Shown here piece by piece: positions 46,843 through 55,781 of a DNA stretch of 64,000 bases. A model generated the notes under the pieces. It was not told where the DNA came from. It did not search any database and saw only the letters and a list, made by a program, of their open reading frames with translations. The translations under genes were made by a program, and so were the position numbers. The stretch covers positions 146,263 to 210,262 of the forward strand of contig VYBN01000033.1 of assembly GCA_009844425.1 (NCBI GenBank). The letters run 5' to 3'. Every line of letters starts with the position of its first letter. Positions within the stretch are counted from its first letter, which is position 1. This DNA comes from Gammaproteobacteria bacterium (GTDB lineage: Bacteria > Pseudomonadota > Gammaproteobacteria > Steroidobacterales > Foliamicaceae).

Positions 46843-48128
46843 GTGTTTCTTCTTTTGGTTTCAGAATGCGAACCGAACCTTGACGATCCGAATTGCAGCG
46901 CGGCGTAGAGCCCGAACGCGGCGATCAGACCATCGAGCGCCGGAACGGCTGACAGGGTAATGTACTGTTTGCTGGCAATAAAGGAAATCGCCGACCCACC
47001 GAGCCAGGCGAGAATCGCCGAGTAGCCGATTCTCGGCCGGGCCGGCAGATCGCGAAGCTTATAGCGCCGCCGGTTCACAATGAAGTAATCGGCGATATAG
47101 ACACCGGCAATGGGCGTTGCCGCGATACCGATGAAGAGCACGAAGGGAAGGAAAAAGTCCATGATGCCCATCACCGCGGCGCCCGTGCCGAGAACGCTTG
47201 CGCCCAGGGCAAGGCGCTGATCGGATACTTTGCCGAACGACGCGGCCAGCGTGAGCACTGCCGAATAGAGATTGACCGTGTTGGTGGTCCAGGTCGAGAA
47301 CACCAGGATAAACAGCGCCGGAATCGCGATGCCGAGTCCGATCATGATTCGCATGATGTCGGTTTCGCCGAGAGCCAGCGTGGGAATGGCCGAGGCCAGC
47401 ATGATCAGCGGATAGCCCAACGCCAGCCCGGAAACCGATTTAACGCCTTCCCATCCGGTGCGCGCGTACCGGGTCAGATCCGGCCCCGAAACGGCCATCA
47501 GGATATTCGTGCCGATCACCGTGGAAACCGCCATCCCGAACGAAATTCCGCCGGTTCCGGCAGCAGCCAGGATGGTCTGGAAATCGGTTTGCCTCACCAC
47601 GAGGTAAACCACGTAGCACATGAATAGGGCCAAGGCCGGAACCGTCCATCGGGAGAACTTCTCGATCAATCTGAATCCGTACATCGCCGTCAGCGTCATG
47701 GCTGCGCAGCCCGCGGCGGCGCAAAGCGGCCGCGGAACATCCAGCGCGTAGAACGCCAGCAGCGCCTCGCGGATCGCTTTGCCGAATATGTCGCCGGTGG
47801 CCGCGAAATAGCCCACATAGGTAACGGCAAGCAGGGCGTTGACGCAACGCACGCCTGCAGTGCCGAAGGCAAACTGAATCAACATGTAGGTGGACAGCCG
47901 GGTTCGGGCGCCGATGACGGAGGTTACGATCATCAACGCCGCCACCAGGGCGCAGCCGCCTGCCATGGCCAGCGCGGCGGCCCGGAAACCAAGCCCGGCG
48001 GCCAGTTCGGAACCAACGAAGAAAACCGGCAGGGTAACGCCGATTCCGAACACCACCACCGCGATGCGGAAACCACCGACGGTCGCACTGTCGGGAACGC
48101 GGCTGCGCGAATAGTCGTCCTTTATCAA
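46839..48128 (-). CDS. NCS1-family (cytosine/purine/allantoin/hydantoin-type) permease
   Basis: About 12 TM segments and a CodB-like N-terminus (VPDSATVGGFRIAVVVFGIGVTLPVF). TTG start. Its stop overlaps the ATG of the protease homologue (ATGA). Confidence 0.75.
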   Translation of the reverse strand: MIKDDYSRSRVPDSATVGGFRIAVVVFGIGVTLPVFFVGSELAAGLGFRAAALAMAGGCALVAALMIVTSVIGARTRLSTYMLIQFAFGTAGVRCVNALLAVTYVGYFAATGDIFGKAIREALLAFYALDVPRPLCAAAGCAAMTLTAMYGFRLIEKFSRWTVPALALFMCYVVYLVVRQTDFQTILAAAGTGGISFGMAVSTVIGTNILMAVSGPDLTRYARTGWEGVKSVSGLALGYPLIMLASAIPTLALGETDIMRIMIGLGIAIPALFILVFSTWTTNTVNLYSAVLTLAASFGKVSDQRLALGASVLGTGAAVMGIMDFFLPFVLFIGIAATPIAGVYIADYFIVNRRRYKLRDLPARPRIGYSAILAWLGGSAISFIASKQYITLSAVPALDGLIAAFGLYAALQFGSSRFGSHSETKRRNT

Positions 48129-48153
48129 GCCGCCTCTCTCTCGCTAGCCCTTC

Positions 48154-48264
48154 GGTTTCCTGTGTATGCCCTCATCCCGGAAACGCCGGCAAGCACATCC
48201 TTGTGGGCTCTGTGGAGGCGTCCTGCCTCCACAAGTTCCGGGATGAGGGCATACACAGGAAACC
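48154..48264 (-). repeat. Nested-hairpin element, copy B (orientation defined by the GGA-motif strand, here minus)
   Basis: Perfect 29-bp stem: GGTTTCCTGTGTATGCCCTCATCCCGGAA (48154-48182) pairs with 48236-48264. Inner hairpin TGTGGAGGC-GTCCT-GCCTCCACA lies at 48211-48233. The reverse complement of the interior aligns with copies A and C (TGGAGGCAGG..GAGCCC..GGATG..GCGT). Confidence 0.8.
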
Positions 48265-48301
48265 TTTAGCTGGCGCAATTCCCAGCATCGCGCAAGCTAA
48301 A

Positions 48302-48407
48302 GCCCAGTGCTTATCCCTGCCTCGTGGGAGCGTCGGCGGCAGGAGCCGCCGCCGAGCCCCATGGATGGGTTCATGCGTCTCTCACGAGGCAGGGATAAGC
48401 ACTGGGC
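48302..48407 (+). repeat. Nested-hairpin element, copy C
   Basis: The 29-bp stem GCCCAGTGCTTATCCCTGCCTCGTGGGAG (48302-48330) pairs with 48379-48407 through 28 Watson-Crick pairs and 1 G-T. Inner hairpin CGGCGGC-AGGA-GCCGCCG lies at 48334-48351. The tract GAGCCCCATGGATGGGTTCATGCGT follows. Confidence 0.8.
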
Positions 48408-48434
48408 GAGGAAGCAGGCTTGCGGAGAAGCGGG

Positions 48435-50615
48435 CTAGAGCATATAGCGGGCGCGAATGCCAACCTGCCTGGGCTGATTCGGAAACCGGATAAGCGGGTT
48501 GTAGAAGAACACCGTTTCCGCGGCATCTTCATCCGTGAGGTTGCTGGCATATAGCGAAATCGTCCAGTCATCGCTGTACAGCCCGATGCTGGCATCGGCG
48601 AAAAAGCGCGAATCGGATTCGCCGGTCAGATCATTGAAGATATCGAACGACCGAGGGCCCATGGCATTCCCGGAAAGCCGCGCGCGCAGCCATCTGCCAT
48701 TGGCCAGAGGCTGGTTGAAGTCCACGCTGGCCGTGAAGTTGTAGTCGGACACATACGGCATCGTGTTGCCCACCGTTTGGGCCAGATCAAGCCCGGTGTA
48801 CGGGTCGATGCCGCTATTTTTCGTTATTTCGTTATCGATCACGCCAAAGCCGAATCGAAAATCAACGGCATCAGTGGCGCGCAGGACAAGCTCGGCTTCA
48901 AATCCGCTGATTTCCACTTCCTGCACATTCAGGTTTTCCAGCGTGAAGGTAGTGGAGTTGAACCGCGTGAACTGGGCATTGTCCTGGGTAATGTAAAAGG
49001 CCGCCCCGTTCAATGTCAGGCGATCATCCAGCCACGAGGTCTTCACGCCCGCTTCAAAGGTGTCGGACACTTCCTTCCCGTAGAAGCGCGTGACAGTGGG
49101 GGCATATTCGTTGAATCCGCCGGACCGGAATCCGCGCGACCAGGTAAACGAGGCCAGCGCGTTGTCCGCAAACGACCATGCGGCGGACACTTTCGGCTGC
49201 AGTTCGCTGAACGTGTCCTCCACCCTCGAGTCTTCCGTGAAACGAACCCGCTCATCGATCGCCTTGCGCTCCTCCTCGTCGTAACGCAGCGCCAGCGTCA
49301 ACTCCAGAGCATCCGACAGGTCATAGTTGACCTGCCCGAAAAACGCGAACGCGGAAGTGTCCTGGTTGGTTCGTTCACCGTCCGTGGGAAACACGCTAAC
49401 CCACAAATCCGCCGGATCGTGGTCGTTACTGTTAACGAGCAGGGGCTTGGCGTCGGCCAGGGTCACGCGGGCGGTGCCCGGATCGTCAAAGATCTGATCG
49501 AATTGAACGATCCGGTCGCGGGTCTCGAAAAACGCGCCGGCAAGCCAGCGCAGCTGTGCATCGTCGGGCGAACTGATCCGCGCTTCCAGGTTGAGGGAAT
49601 CCTCTTCGATCAGGTTGATCTGGGTGCTCGGGAAGAAGAAATTGGCGTCCACGGCCGGCAGGCTGGTGAAATCCGCATCCGAGAACTGGTCGTCGCGCGA
49701 GTGGTTCAGTCCGGCTATGGCTGTCAGCAGGCCGCCTCCCGGCAGCTCCCGGTCGTATTTCGCCGATACCGTCCAGATCTCCTGTTCGTCGATTCCAACC
49801 GCGTTCTGAGTTGGCCCGATGGAAAAGTCATTCAACTGGCCGAGGGTGATGAAGGACATGTAGTTCGTTCCCTGGGTGGTGTCCCGATAGCGGCCGTGCA
49901 GCGCAATGCTCGATGCCTCGTCGATGTCTACCGCGAGGAGGCCCCGCACGCCAGCGGCGCCATCGACATAGTCCACCTTCTCATCAAGGAAGCCGTTGGT
50001 GATCAGGCCATCGAAATCCCGGTAGTCGGCGGAAAGGCGAAAGCGAACCGAGTTGCCCGCAAGCGGTCCTCCAATGGAAGCCGCAATGCGCCGGTCGTTG
50101 CCTTCCCCGAGGGACAGATCGACATAGCCTTCCAATTCCTCGCCGGGCTGCTTCGTTATGATGTTGATGGCGCCGCCGATGGCGTTTTTGCCGTAGAGCG
50201 CGCCCTGCGGGCCGCGCAGCACCTCGATGCGCTCAATCTGGTCCAGGTCCTGGTTGATGAATTCGAGATTGGGCACGGTCACGCCATCAACCACGAAGGC
50301 GATCGGCGCTTCGCCCACCTGCGGAGTGATCAGCCCGCGGATAGTTACAAAACTCAGTCCCTGCCGGAAGTTGGTCGAAACGTGTAGATTAGGCACCAGC
50401 ACCGAAAAGTCCTTGATGTTGCTGATTCGCGCAACCTCGACAAGGTCGGAGTCAATTACAGTAACTGACTCGGGAATTTCCTGAAGGCTTTCCGAGCGTT
50501 TGCGCGCTGTCACTACTATCTCTTCGAGAGTCTGCTGAGCCAGCGCGGGCTCCAGGATCAATGCCAAGGCAATTCCTGCTGCAGCCAGCTTCAAGACTTT
50601 GCTGATCCGCTTCAT
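48435..50615 (-). CDS. TonB-dependent outer-membrane receptor
   Basis: Signal peptide, plug-domain blocks (EEIVVTARKR, IERIEVLRGPQGALYGKNAIGGAINI) and a long beta-barrel with aromatic-rich strands. Confidence 0.9.
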   Translation of the reverse strand: MKRISKVLKLAAAGIALALILEPALAQQTLEEIVVTARKRSESLQEIPESVTVIDSDLVEVARISNIKDFSVLVPNLHVSTNFRQGLSFVTIRGLITPQVGEAPIAFVVDGVTVPNLEFINQDLDQIERIEVLRGPQGALYGKNAIGGAINIITKQPGEELEGYVDLSLGEGNDRRIAASIGGPLAGNSVRFRLSADYRDFDGLITNGFLDEKVDYVDGAAGVRGLLAVDIDEASSIALHGRYRDTTQGTNYMSFITLGQLNDFSIGPTQNAVGIDEQEIWTVSAKYDRELPGGGLLTAIAGLNHSRDDQFSDADFTSLPAVDANFFFPSTQINLIEEDSLNLEARISSPDDAQLRWLAGAFFETRDRIVQFDQIFDDPGTARVTLADAKPLLVNSNDHDPADLWVSVFPTDGERTNQDTSAFAFFGQVNYDLSDALELTLALRYDEEERKAIDERVRFTEDSRVEDTFSELQPKVSAAWSFADNALASFTWSRGFRSGGFNEYAPTVTRFYGKEVSDTFEAGVKTSWLDDRLTLNGAAFYITQDNAQFTRFNSTTFTLENLNVQEVEISGFEAELVLRATDAVDFRFGFGVIDNEITKNSGIDPYTGLDLAQTVGNTMPYVSDYNFTASVDFNQPLANGRWLRARLSGNAMGPRSFDIFNDLTGESDSRFFADASIGLYSDDWTISLYASNLTDEDAAETVFFYNPLIRFPNQPRQVGIRARYML

Positions 50616-50720
50616 AGCTTTTCTCCGGTATTCCTTTTGAGCGCCAATGTGGAATGCTCTTCAGAATTCCGCATTGATCAATTCATGATAACAGGGCCTG
50701 CAACTGGACTGGCGCGCCTG

Positions 50721-52394
50721 CTACGGCCCGCGGTAGTTGAAATCGCGCCATGCCTGGGCGGGAGCGATATAGCCGTTGCGCAGGTCGTCGGCCAGGGCTT
50801 CAGCGGGCCGCTGCCTCGGGCTGCCCCAGCCGGCGCCGGTGGCCGTGTACAGCCGAACGCGGTCGCCGTGCTTGAGCGCGACCCGGCTTGCCATGGTGAG
50901 CGGCTCTGATTCCGCGCCGCCGGATATGACCACAGCGAAATTGACCGAGCCCGGCATCCCTCCGGCAATGCCGGCGGGCGGCGTTTTGCCGCGGCCGAAG
51001 AATGTAGAAAGCTCGACGCCCTCGTCCCTGATTTCGTATTCCAGCACAGCGCCAAGACCACCGCGGCATTCGCCTGCGCCTGCGCCGGCATCGTGCAACG
51101 CGTATTCGTTTACGCGCACGCCGTAGCGGGCTTCCTGAATCTCCACGGGAATATTCGAGGTCTCGCCGTTGCCCACGCAGAACTGGGCGTTTTCGCCATC
51201 CTTGTCGGCGCCGGCGCCCCAGCCGCCCACCAGCGGCTGCACGAGAATATAGGGATCGCCTCCGCTCGACCGGTTTCCGGACAGCACCATGGAACACACC
51301 GAACCGAACTGGCCCGCCGTCAAACGGCCCGGCATGGCTGGCGCCAGCGCCCGCCGCATTACGTCCGCCGCCGCAACCATGGCTTCGAAATATGAAGAAG
51401 TGGGAGCGGGCCGCGTGGCCGTTAGCACTGAATTCTCGGGACAAAGCACGGACAGTGCGCGGAAGCAGCCGTCATTCGCCGAGATGCCGGCACCCACGAT
51501 GCCCATGAAAACTTCCCGGGCGGCTGATATCAAAGCGGGGCGGGTGCAGTTGATCGGCCCGGGCGCCGCTCCGGCGGTTCCGCTGAAATCGGCCACGAAT
51601 CGCGATTCGTCGATGCGGATTTCCACAGCCACATCGAAAGGGCCGTTGCCCAGCCCGTCGCTGTCAATGCAGTCCCGTGCTGTGAATCGGCCCTTGGGCA
51701 GGCGGTCGAAAGCTTCCTGCACCATCTGTTCGCCGTGGTCGAGCAGCGCGTCTGCTGCCCGCAGGGTTGTTTCGCAGCCGTATTTTTCCAGGAGCGCTGC
51801 CAGCCTCCGCTCGCCAACCCGAAGCGCCGCGATTCCCGACCAGAGATCGCCGAGCGTCATGTCGGGCAACCGCACATTGGCGCGCAGCACGTCCGTCAGG
51901 CCCGTGTTGACCGTGTCCCGGTCGCAGAGTTTGATCACCGGAAACTGAAGCCCTTCCTGGAACACATCGGTGGTGGTGGTGCTGAAGCTGCCCGGATTGG
52001 CGCCGCCCAGCTCGGTCCAGTGCGCCTTGTTCGCCACCCAGGCAACCAGGCGCTTGTCGAAAAACACCGGCTTGAGCAGGGTCACATCGGACAGGTGGGT
52101 CCCCCCTCCGCCATAAGGATCGTTGGTCATGAAAATATCGCCGGCATGAACATCGGCGGCGCCGAACTTGTCGAGAACGTCGCGCACGGCGCCGTCCAGG
52201 GCCCCTACGAAGCCCGGTATGCCCATGCCCTGGGTGATCAGCCGCCCTTCGGCATCGGTGATGCCAATGCCGAAATCCAGGGTCTCGTAGATGACGGGAC
52301 TCATGCTGGCGCGCTTTTGCGCTGCAAACATCTCCTGGCCGATGGTGGCCAGCGCGCCCTTGATGATCTCGCGAGTGAAGATGTCCTGGTCCAT
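50721..52394 (-). CDS. Hydantoinase B / oxoprolinase family protein (HyuB-like)
   Basis: HyuB-type N-terminus DIFTREIIKGALATIGQEMF...SPVIYETLDFGIGITD. The start is taken at ATG 52394, 19 nt after the hyuA-like stop. Confidence 0.85.
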   Translation of the reverse strand: MDQDIFTREIIKGALATIGQEMFAAQKRASMSPVIYETLDFGIGITDAEGRLITQGMGIPGFVGALDGAVRDVLDKFGAADVHAGDIFMTNDPYGGGGTHLSDVTLLKPVFFDKRLVAWVANKAHWTELGGANPGSFSTTTTDVFQEGLQFPVIKLCDRDTVNTGLTDVLRANVRLPDMTLGDLWSGIAALRVGERRLAALLEKYGCETTLRAADALLDHGEQMVQEAFDRLPKGRFTARDCIDSDGLGNGPFDVAVEIRIDESRFVADFSGTAGAAPGPINCTRPALISAAREVFMGIVGAGISANDGCFRALSVLCPENSVLTATRPAPTSSYFEAMVAAADVMRRALAPAMPGRLTAGQFGSVCSMVLSGNRSSGGDPYILVQPLVGGWGAGADKDGENAQFCVGNGETSNIPVEIQEARYGVRVNEYALHDAGAGAGECRGGLGAVLEYEIRDEGVELSTFFGRGKTPPAGIAGGMPGSVNFAVVISGGAESEPLTMASRVALKHGDRVRLYTATGAGWGSPRQRPAEALADDLRNGYIAPAQAWRDFNYRGP

Positions 52395-52413
52395 ATTCCT
52401 GCTTTCGCCGCTG

Positions 52414-54471
52414 TCAGGCTGAGCGCAAGCGCAGATGAAGGCCGCCCCAGGCGTCAACCGATGCGGAAGCGCCCGGCGGCGCCAGAATCACCGAATCAGG
52501 CTCCTCAATAACCGCCGGCCCATGGATTTCCGCACCGGCGCCAAGCGCAGACCTCTCGAATACCGTGGCCTGCAATTCGCCATGCCCGTCGAAATGCACA
52601 GGCCGGCTTCCGGTTGCGGCGATTGAAGCATTGCCGGCCCCGGCGGCATCCTGGGGCTCCGCACTGGCGCTCGGCCCCCGGCTGATGGCGGCCAGATGAA
52701 AATTAACCACCTCGGCCGGACTCTCAAGCCGGAAGGAAAACTCCCGCTCGTGAACGGAGTGGAACCTGTCCAGCAACCGCTCCATGTCGTCCGCCGCAGG
52801 ATCGAATGGCACCTCCACGCTGTGCTCCTGTCCGCGATACCGGACATCCAGGAAGCGGAGGCAGGCAATCTCGCCCGACATGGCCGCGTTGCCTGAGAAC
52901 TCCCGCCGGATGTCACGCTCCATATTGGCGAAAGTATCAACGATCCACGGCAGGCAATCGGCGTTGAGGCGGCGCATGGAAGTCACAATGCGGTCCTGGC
53001 GCGGGTCCAGCGCCAGCATGGCCCAGGCCGAGAACACGGAGCAGTGCGGAGGGATCACCACTTTGCCGATTTCCAGTTCCCCGGCGAGCGACGCGGCATG
53101 CAGGCCTGCGCCGCCGCCGAACGCGATCAGCGTGAAGTCCCTTGGGTCGTGGCCGCGATTCACCGACACCAGTTTCAGGGCGTTCACCATATTGGCGTTG
53201 GCCATGCGAACGGTGCCCAGCGCCACATCAAGCACGTCCACGCCAAGAGGCTCGGCCAGGGTGGAAAACGCCCCGGCCACGGCGGTCAGATCGGGAGGGC
53301 CGTCGCCGCCTGCCAGCTTGCGCGGCTCGATGCGGCCCAGCAACAGGTGCGCGTCCGTGGTGGTGGGCTGCCGTCCGCCGCGCCCGTAAGCCACCGGCCC
53401 GGGTTCCGCGCCGGCGCTTTGCGGGCCCACATGCAGGCTGCCGGCCGGGTCCAGCCATGCGATGCTGCCGCCGCCATTGCCGATCTCCACGATATCTACT
53501 ACAGGAGTGCTGATCGGGTAACCGGCGGTGGCCGGAGTTTTCTCGATGTGGTATTCCCTGGCGATGGTGGCTTCGCCATTGCGAATCAGGGAGCACTTGG
53601 CGGTTGTTCCGCCAATGTCCAGGGTGATGAGATTGCGTTCGCCGATTTTCCGGCCATAGGCCGCCGCGCCCAGCACGCCTGCGGCCGGCCCGGATTCGAC
53701 CAGACTTATGGGGTTGGCGGCCGCGGCTTCCACTGCCGCCAGCCCGCCGTTCGATTGCATGATGAGCATATCGGACTTGAGCCCGGCGGCCGAGAGGTCG
53801 CTCTGCAGCCCGTTCAGGTATGCGCGCACGGCGGGAAGGACGTATGCGGACAGAACCGTGGTGTTGGTGCGTTCGTACTCGCGCCATTGCCGGCACACCT
53901 GATGGGATGCGATCACCTCGATATCCGGCAAGGCGCCGGCGATGATTTCATGCGCTTGCCGCTCGTGTGCCGGGTTCGCATAGGCGTGCAGAAAGCAAAC
54001 CGCAATTGCGCCGACGCCGTCCTGCGCAAGCTGGCGGGCAGTTGAAAGCAGCTCGTCCTGGTTGAGCGGAACCATCACCTGGCCGCGGTGATCGATACGC
54101 TCGGCAACTTCCCGGCGCAGGTAACGGGGCACGAAAGGCGGCGGCTTGCGGTAATAGGCGTTGAAAATGTCCGGCGTGTTGCCCCTGGCGATCTCAAGCA
54201 CGTCCCTGAAGCCGCGGGTTGTGATCAAACCCGTCGTGACGCCTTTGCGCTCGGTCAGGTTATTGATGACCACTGTGGAACCATGGGCAAAAAAATCAAT
54301 GCCCGTTAATTCAACGCCCCCTGCGGCGAGCGCGCTGGCGACGCCTTTCTCGAATTGCCCCGGTGTGCTGCGGCGCTTGATGGAAGTGGCGCGTCCATTT
54401 TCGATATGGAACACATCCGTGAATGTCCCTCCCACATCCGTTGCGATCCGCCCGCCGCCGCCTGCATTCAT
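52414..54471 (-). CDS. Hydantoinase A / oxoprolinase family protein (HyuA-like, ATP-dependent)
   Basis: RIATDVGGTFTDVF and LDIGGTTAKCSLI (ASKHA-type phosphate loops). About 685 aa. Confidence 0.85.
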   Translation of the reverse strand: MNAGGGGRIATDVGGTFTDVFHIENGRATSIKRRSTPGQFEKGVASALAAGGVELTGIDFFAHGSTVVINNLTERKGVTTGLITTRGFRDVLEIARGNTPDIFNAYYRKPPPFVPRYLRREVAERIDHRGQVMVPLNQDELLSTARQLAQDGVGAIAVCFLHAYANPAHERQAHEIIAGALPDIEVIASHQVCRQWREYERTNTTVLSAYVLPAVRAYLNGLQSDLSAAGLKSDMLIMQSNGGLAAVEAAAANPISLVESGPAAGVLGAAAYGRKIGERNLITLDIGGTTAKCSLIRNGEATIAREYHIEKTPATAGYPISTPVVDIVEIGNGGGSIAWLDPAGSLHVGPQSAGAEPGPVAYGRGGRQPTTTDAHLLLGRIEPRKLAGGDGPPDLTAVAGAFSTLAEPLGVDVLDVALGTVRMANANMVNALKLVSVNRGHDPRDFTLIAFGGGAGLHAASLAGELEIGKVVIPPHCSVFSAWAMLALDPRQDRIVTSMRRLNADCLPWIVDTFANMERDIRREFSGNAAMSGEIACLRFLDVRYRGQEHSVEVPFDPAADDMERLLDRFHSVHEREFSFRLESPAEVVNFHLAAISRGPSASAEPQDAAGAGNASIAATGSRPVHFDGHGELQATVFERSALGAGAEIHGPAVIEEPDSVILAPPGASASVDAWGGLHLRLRSA

Positions 54472-54638
54472 TAGATACACCCATCGAGCGTTTCCGCTGC
54501 ATTGTACCTACTACCCTTCACTGAGTGCTTGTCTCCGCACTGCGCGAGGGAACCAGACAGTGTGCACAGTGTAATGAGGCTGCTCGGGAGTAGTAGGCGG
54601 CACTAAAATGGGCGCATTGCGGACGGGAGGCCGACCCT

Positions 54639-55781
54639 ATGAGCCTGCTGAGCGAGCAACCCAGTTTCACGCTGGGCGTGGAGGAGGAGTACCTTCTGGT
54701 TGACGCCGAAACGCTGGAGCTTTCGGTCGATCCGCCCGAGGGTTTCATGCCCGCCTGCCGGGAGCAGGTGACGGGCCAGGTGGTCAATGAATTGATGCGC
54801 GCCCAGGTGGAGACGGCCACAAAGGTGTGCGAGAGTGTCGCGGAGGTGCGCCGGGAACTGACCCGGCAGCGCCGCGAAATCAATGCAGTGGCCGAGCAGT
54901 TCGGGATGCGGATTATCGCCGCTTCCACGCATCCGTCGGCGCTGTGGCGCGACCAGAAGCAGACCCCGTCGCAGCGCTATGTGACCCTGCAGGAGGAAAT
55001 GCAGGCTACCGCCAGACGCATGCTGATTTGCGGCATGCACGTGCACGTGGGGATCGAGGACAAGGACCTGCGCGTGGACCTGATGAACCAGTTCCGCTAT
55101 TTCCTGCCCCATCTGCTCGCGCTCAGCAGTTCCTCGCCGTTCTGGGAGGGTGACGACACCGGCCTGAGCAGCTTTCGGCTGACCATTTTCTCGGGCTTGC
55201 CGCGCACCGGCCTTCCGGAAGAGTTCAACGGCTGGAGCGACTACGAGCGCCACATCGAGACGCTTGTGCAGGCCAATGTCATCGAGGATTCCTCGATGAT
55301 CTGGTGGGACGTACGGCCCAGCGCGCGCTTTCCCACGCTGGAGACGCGCATTTTCGACCTCTGCACTTTCGTGGAGGACACCGTATGCATGACGGCCTTC
55401 ACCGTCTGCCTGATTCGCATGCTGTGGCGCCTGCGGGTCAGCAACAGCCGCTGGCGCAGCTACAACCTGTTGCTGCTGGAGGAAAACCGCTGGCGGGCGA
55501 TGCGCTACGGGCCCACCGACAGCCTGCTGGACTTCGGCAGGGGCGAGATGGTGCCGTTTTCCGACTTGCTGGACGAGCTGATCACGATGATTCGCCACGA
55601 CGCGGAGTTCTTTGACTGCAAGCAGGAAATCGAACACGCGCGCACGATTCTCGAGCGGGGCACCAGCGCCAGCCTGCAACTGGCCGCCTATCGCCGGGCG
55701 CTGGACGAAGGCGCGAGCGAACAGGAAGCGCTGCGCGAGGTTGTGCGCTTCCTGGTCGAGGCCACGATGGATGGCTGCTGA
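54639..55781 (+). CDS. ybdK: Carboxylate-amine ligase YbdK (glutamate--cysteine ligase family 2)
   Basis: FTLGVEEEYLLVD, GMHVHVG and WWDVRP blocks. Confidence 0.85.
   Translation: MSLLSEQPSFTLGVEEEYLLVDAETLELSVDPPEGFMPACREQVTGQVVNELMRAQVETATKVCESVAEVRRELTRQRREINAVAEQFGMRIIAASTHPSALWRDQKQTPSQRYVTLQEEMQATARRMLICGMHVHVGIEDKDLRVDLMNQFRYFLPHLLALSSSSPFWEGDDTGLSSFRLTIFSGLPRTGLPEEFNGWSDYERHIETLVQANVIEDSSMIWWDVRPSARFPTLETRIFDLCTFVEDTVCMTAFTVCLIRMLWRLRVSNSRWRSYNLLLLEENRWRAMRYGPTDSLLDFGRGEMVPFSDLLDELITMIRHDAEFFDCKQEIEHARTILERGTSASLQLAAYRRALDEGASEQEALREVVRFLVEATMDGC

Larger units (their letters stand above)
44653..54638. other. Accessory metabolic island (hydantoin/lactam-type uptake and catabolism cluster) between alaS and ybdK
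   Basis: Composition turns abruptly more AT-rich at the alaS stop; this is clearest at 44.7-50.6 kb. The gene content is accessory and sits between two housekeeping blocks. No integrase or tRNA is visible. Confidence 0.45.

Noticed and set aside
50616-50720. Fur box or cobalamin riboswitch upstream of the TonB-dependent receptor.
   Set aside because: The best candidate, TTGATCAATTCATGATAAC, matches the 19-bp Fur consensus at only about 6-7 positions in either orientation. The roughly 105-nt gap is too short for a cobalamin riboswitch and shows none of its conserved blocks.
54509-54598. Imperfect inverted repeat CCTACTACCC...GGGAGTAGTAGG in the hyuA/ybdK gap, considered as another member of the hairpin family.
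   Set aside because: The arms pair over only about 8-9 bp. The interior lacks the GGCAGG...GGATG...GCGT core and the inner hairpin.
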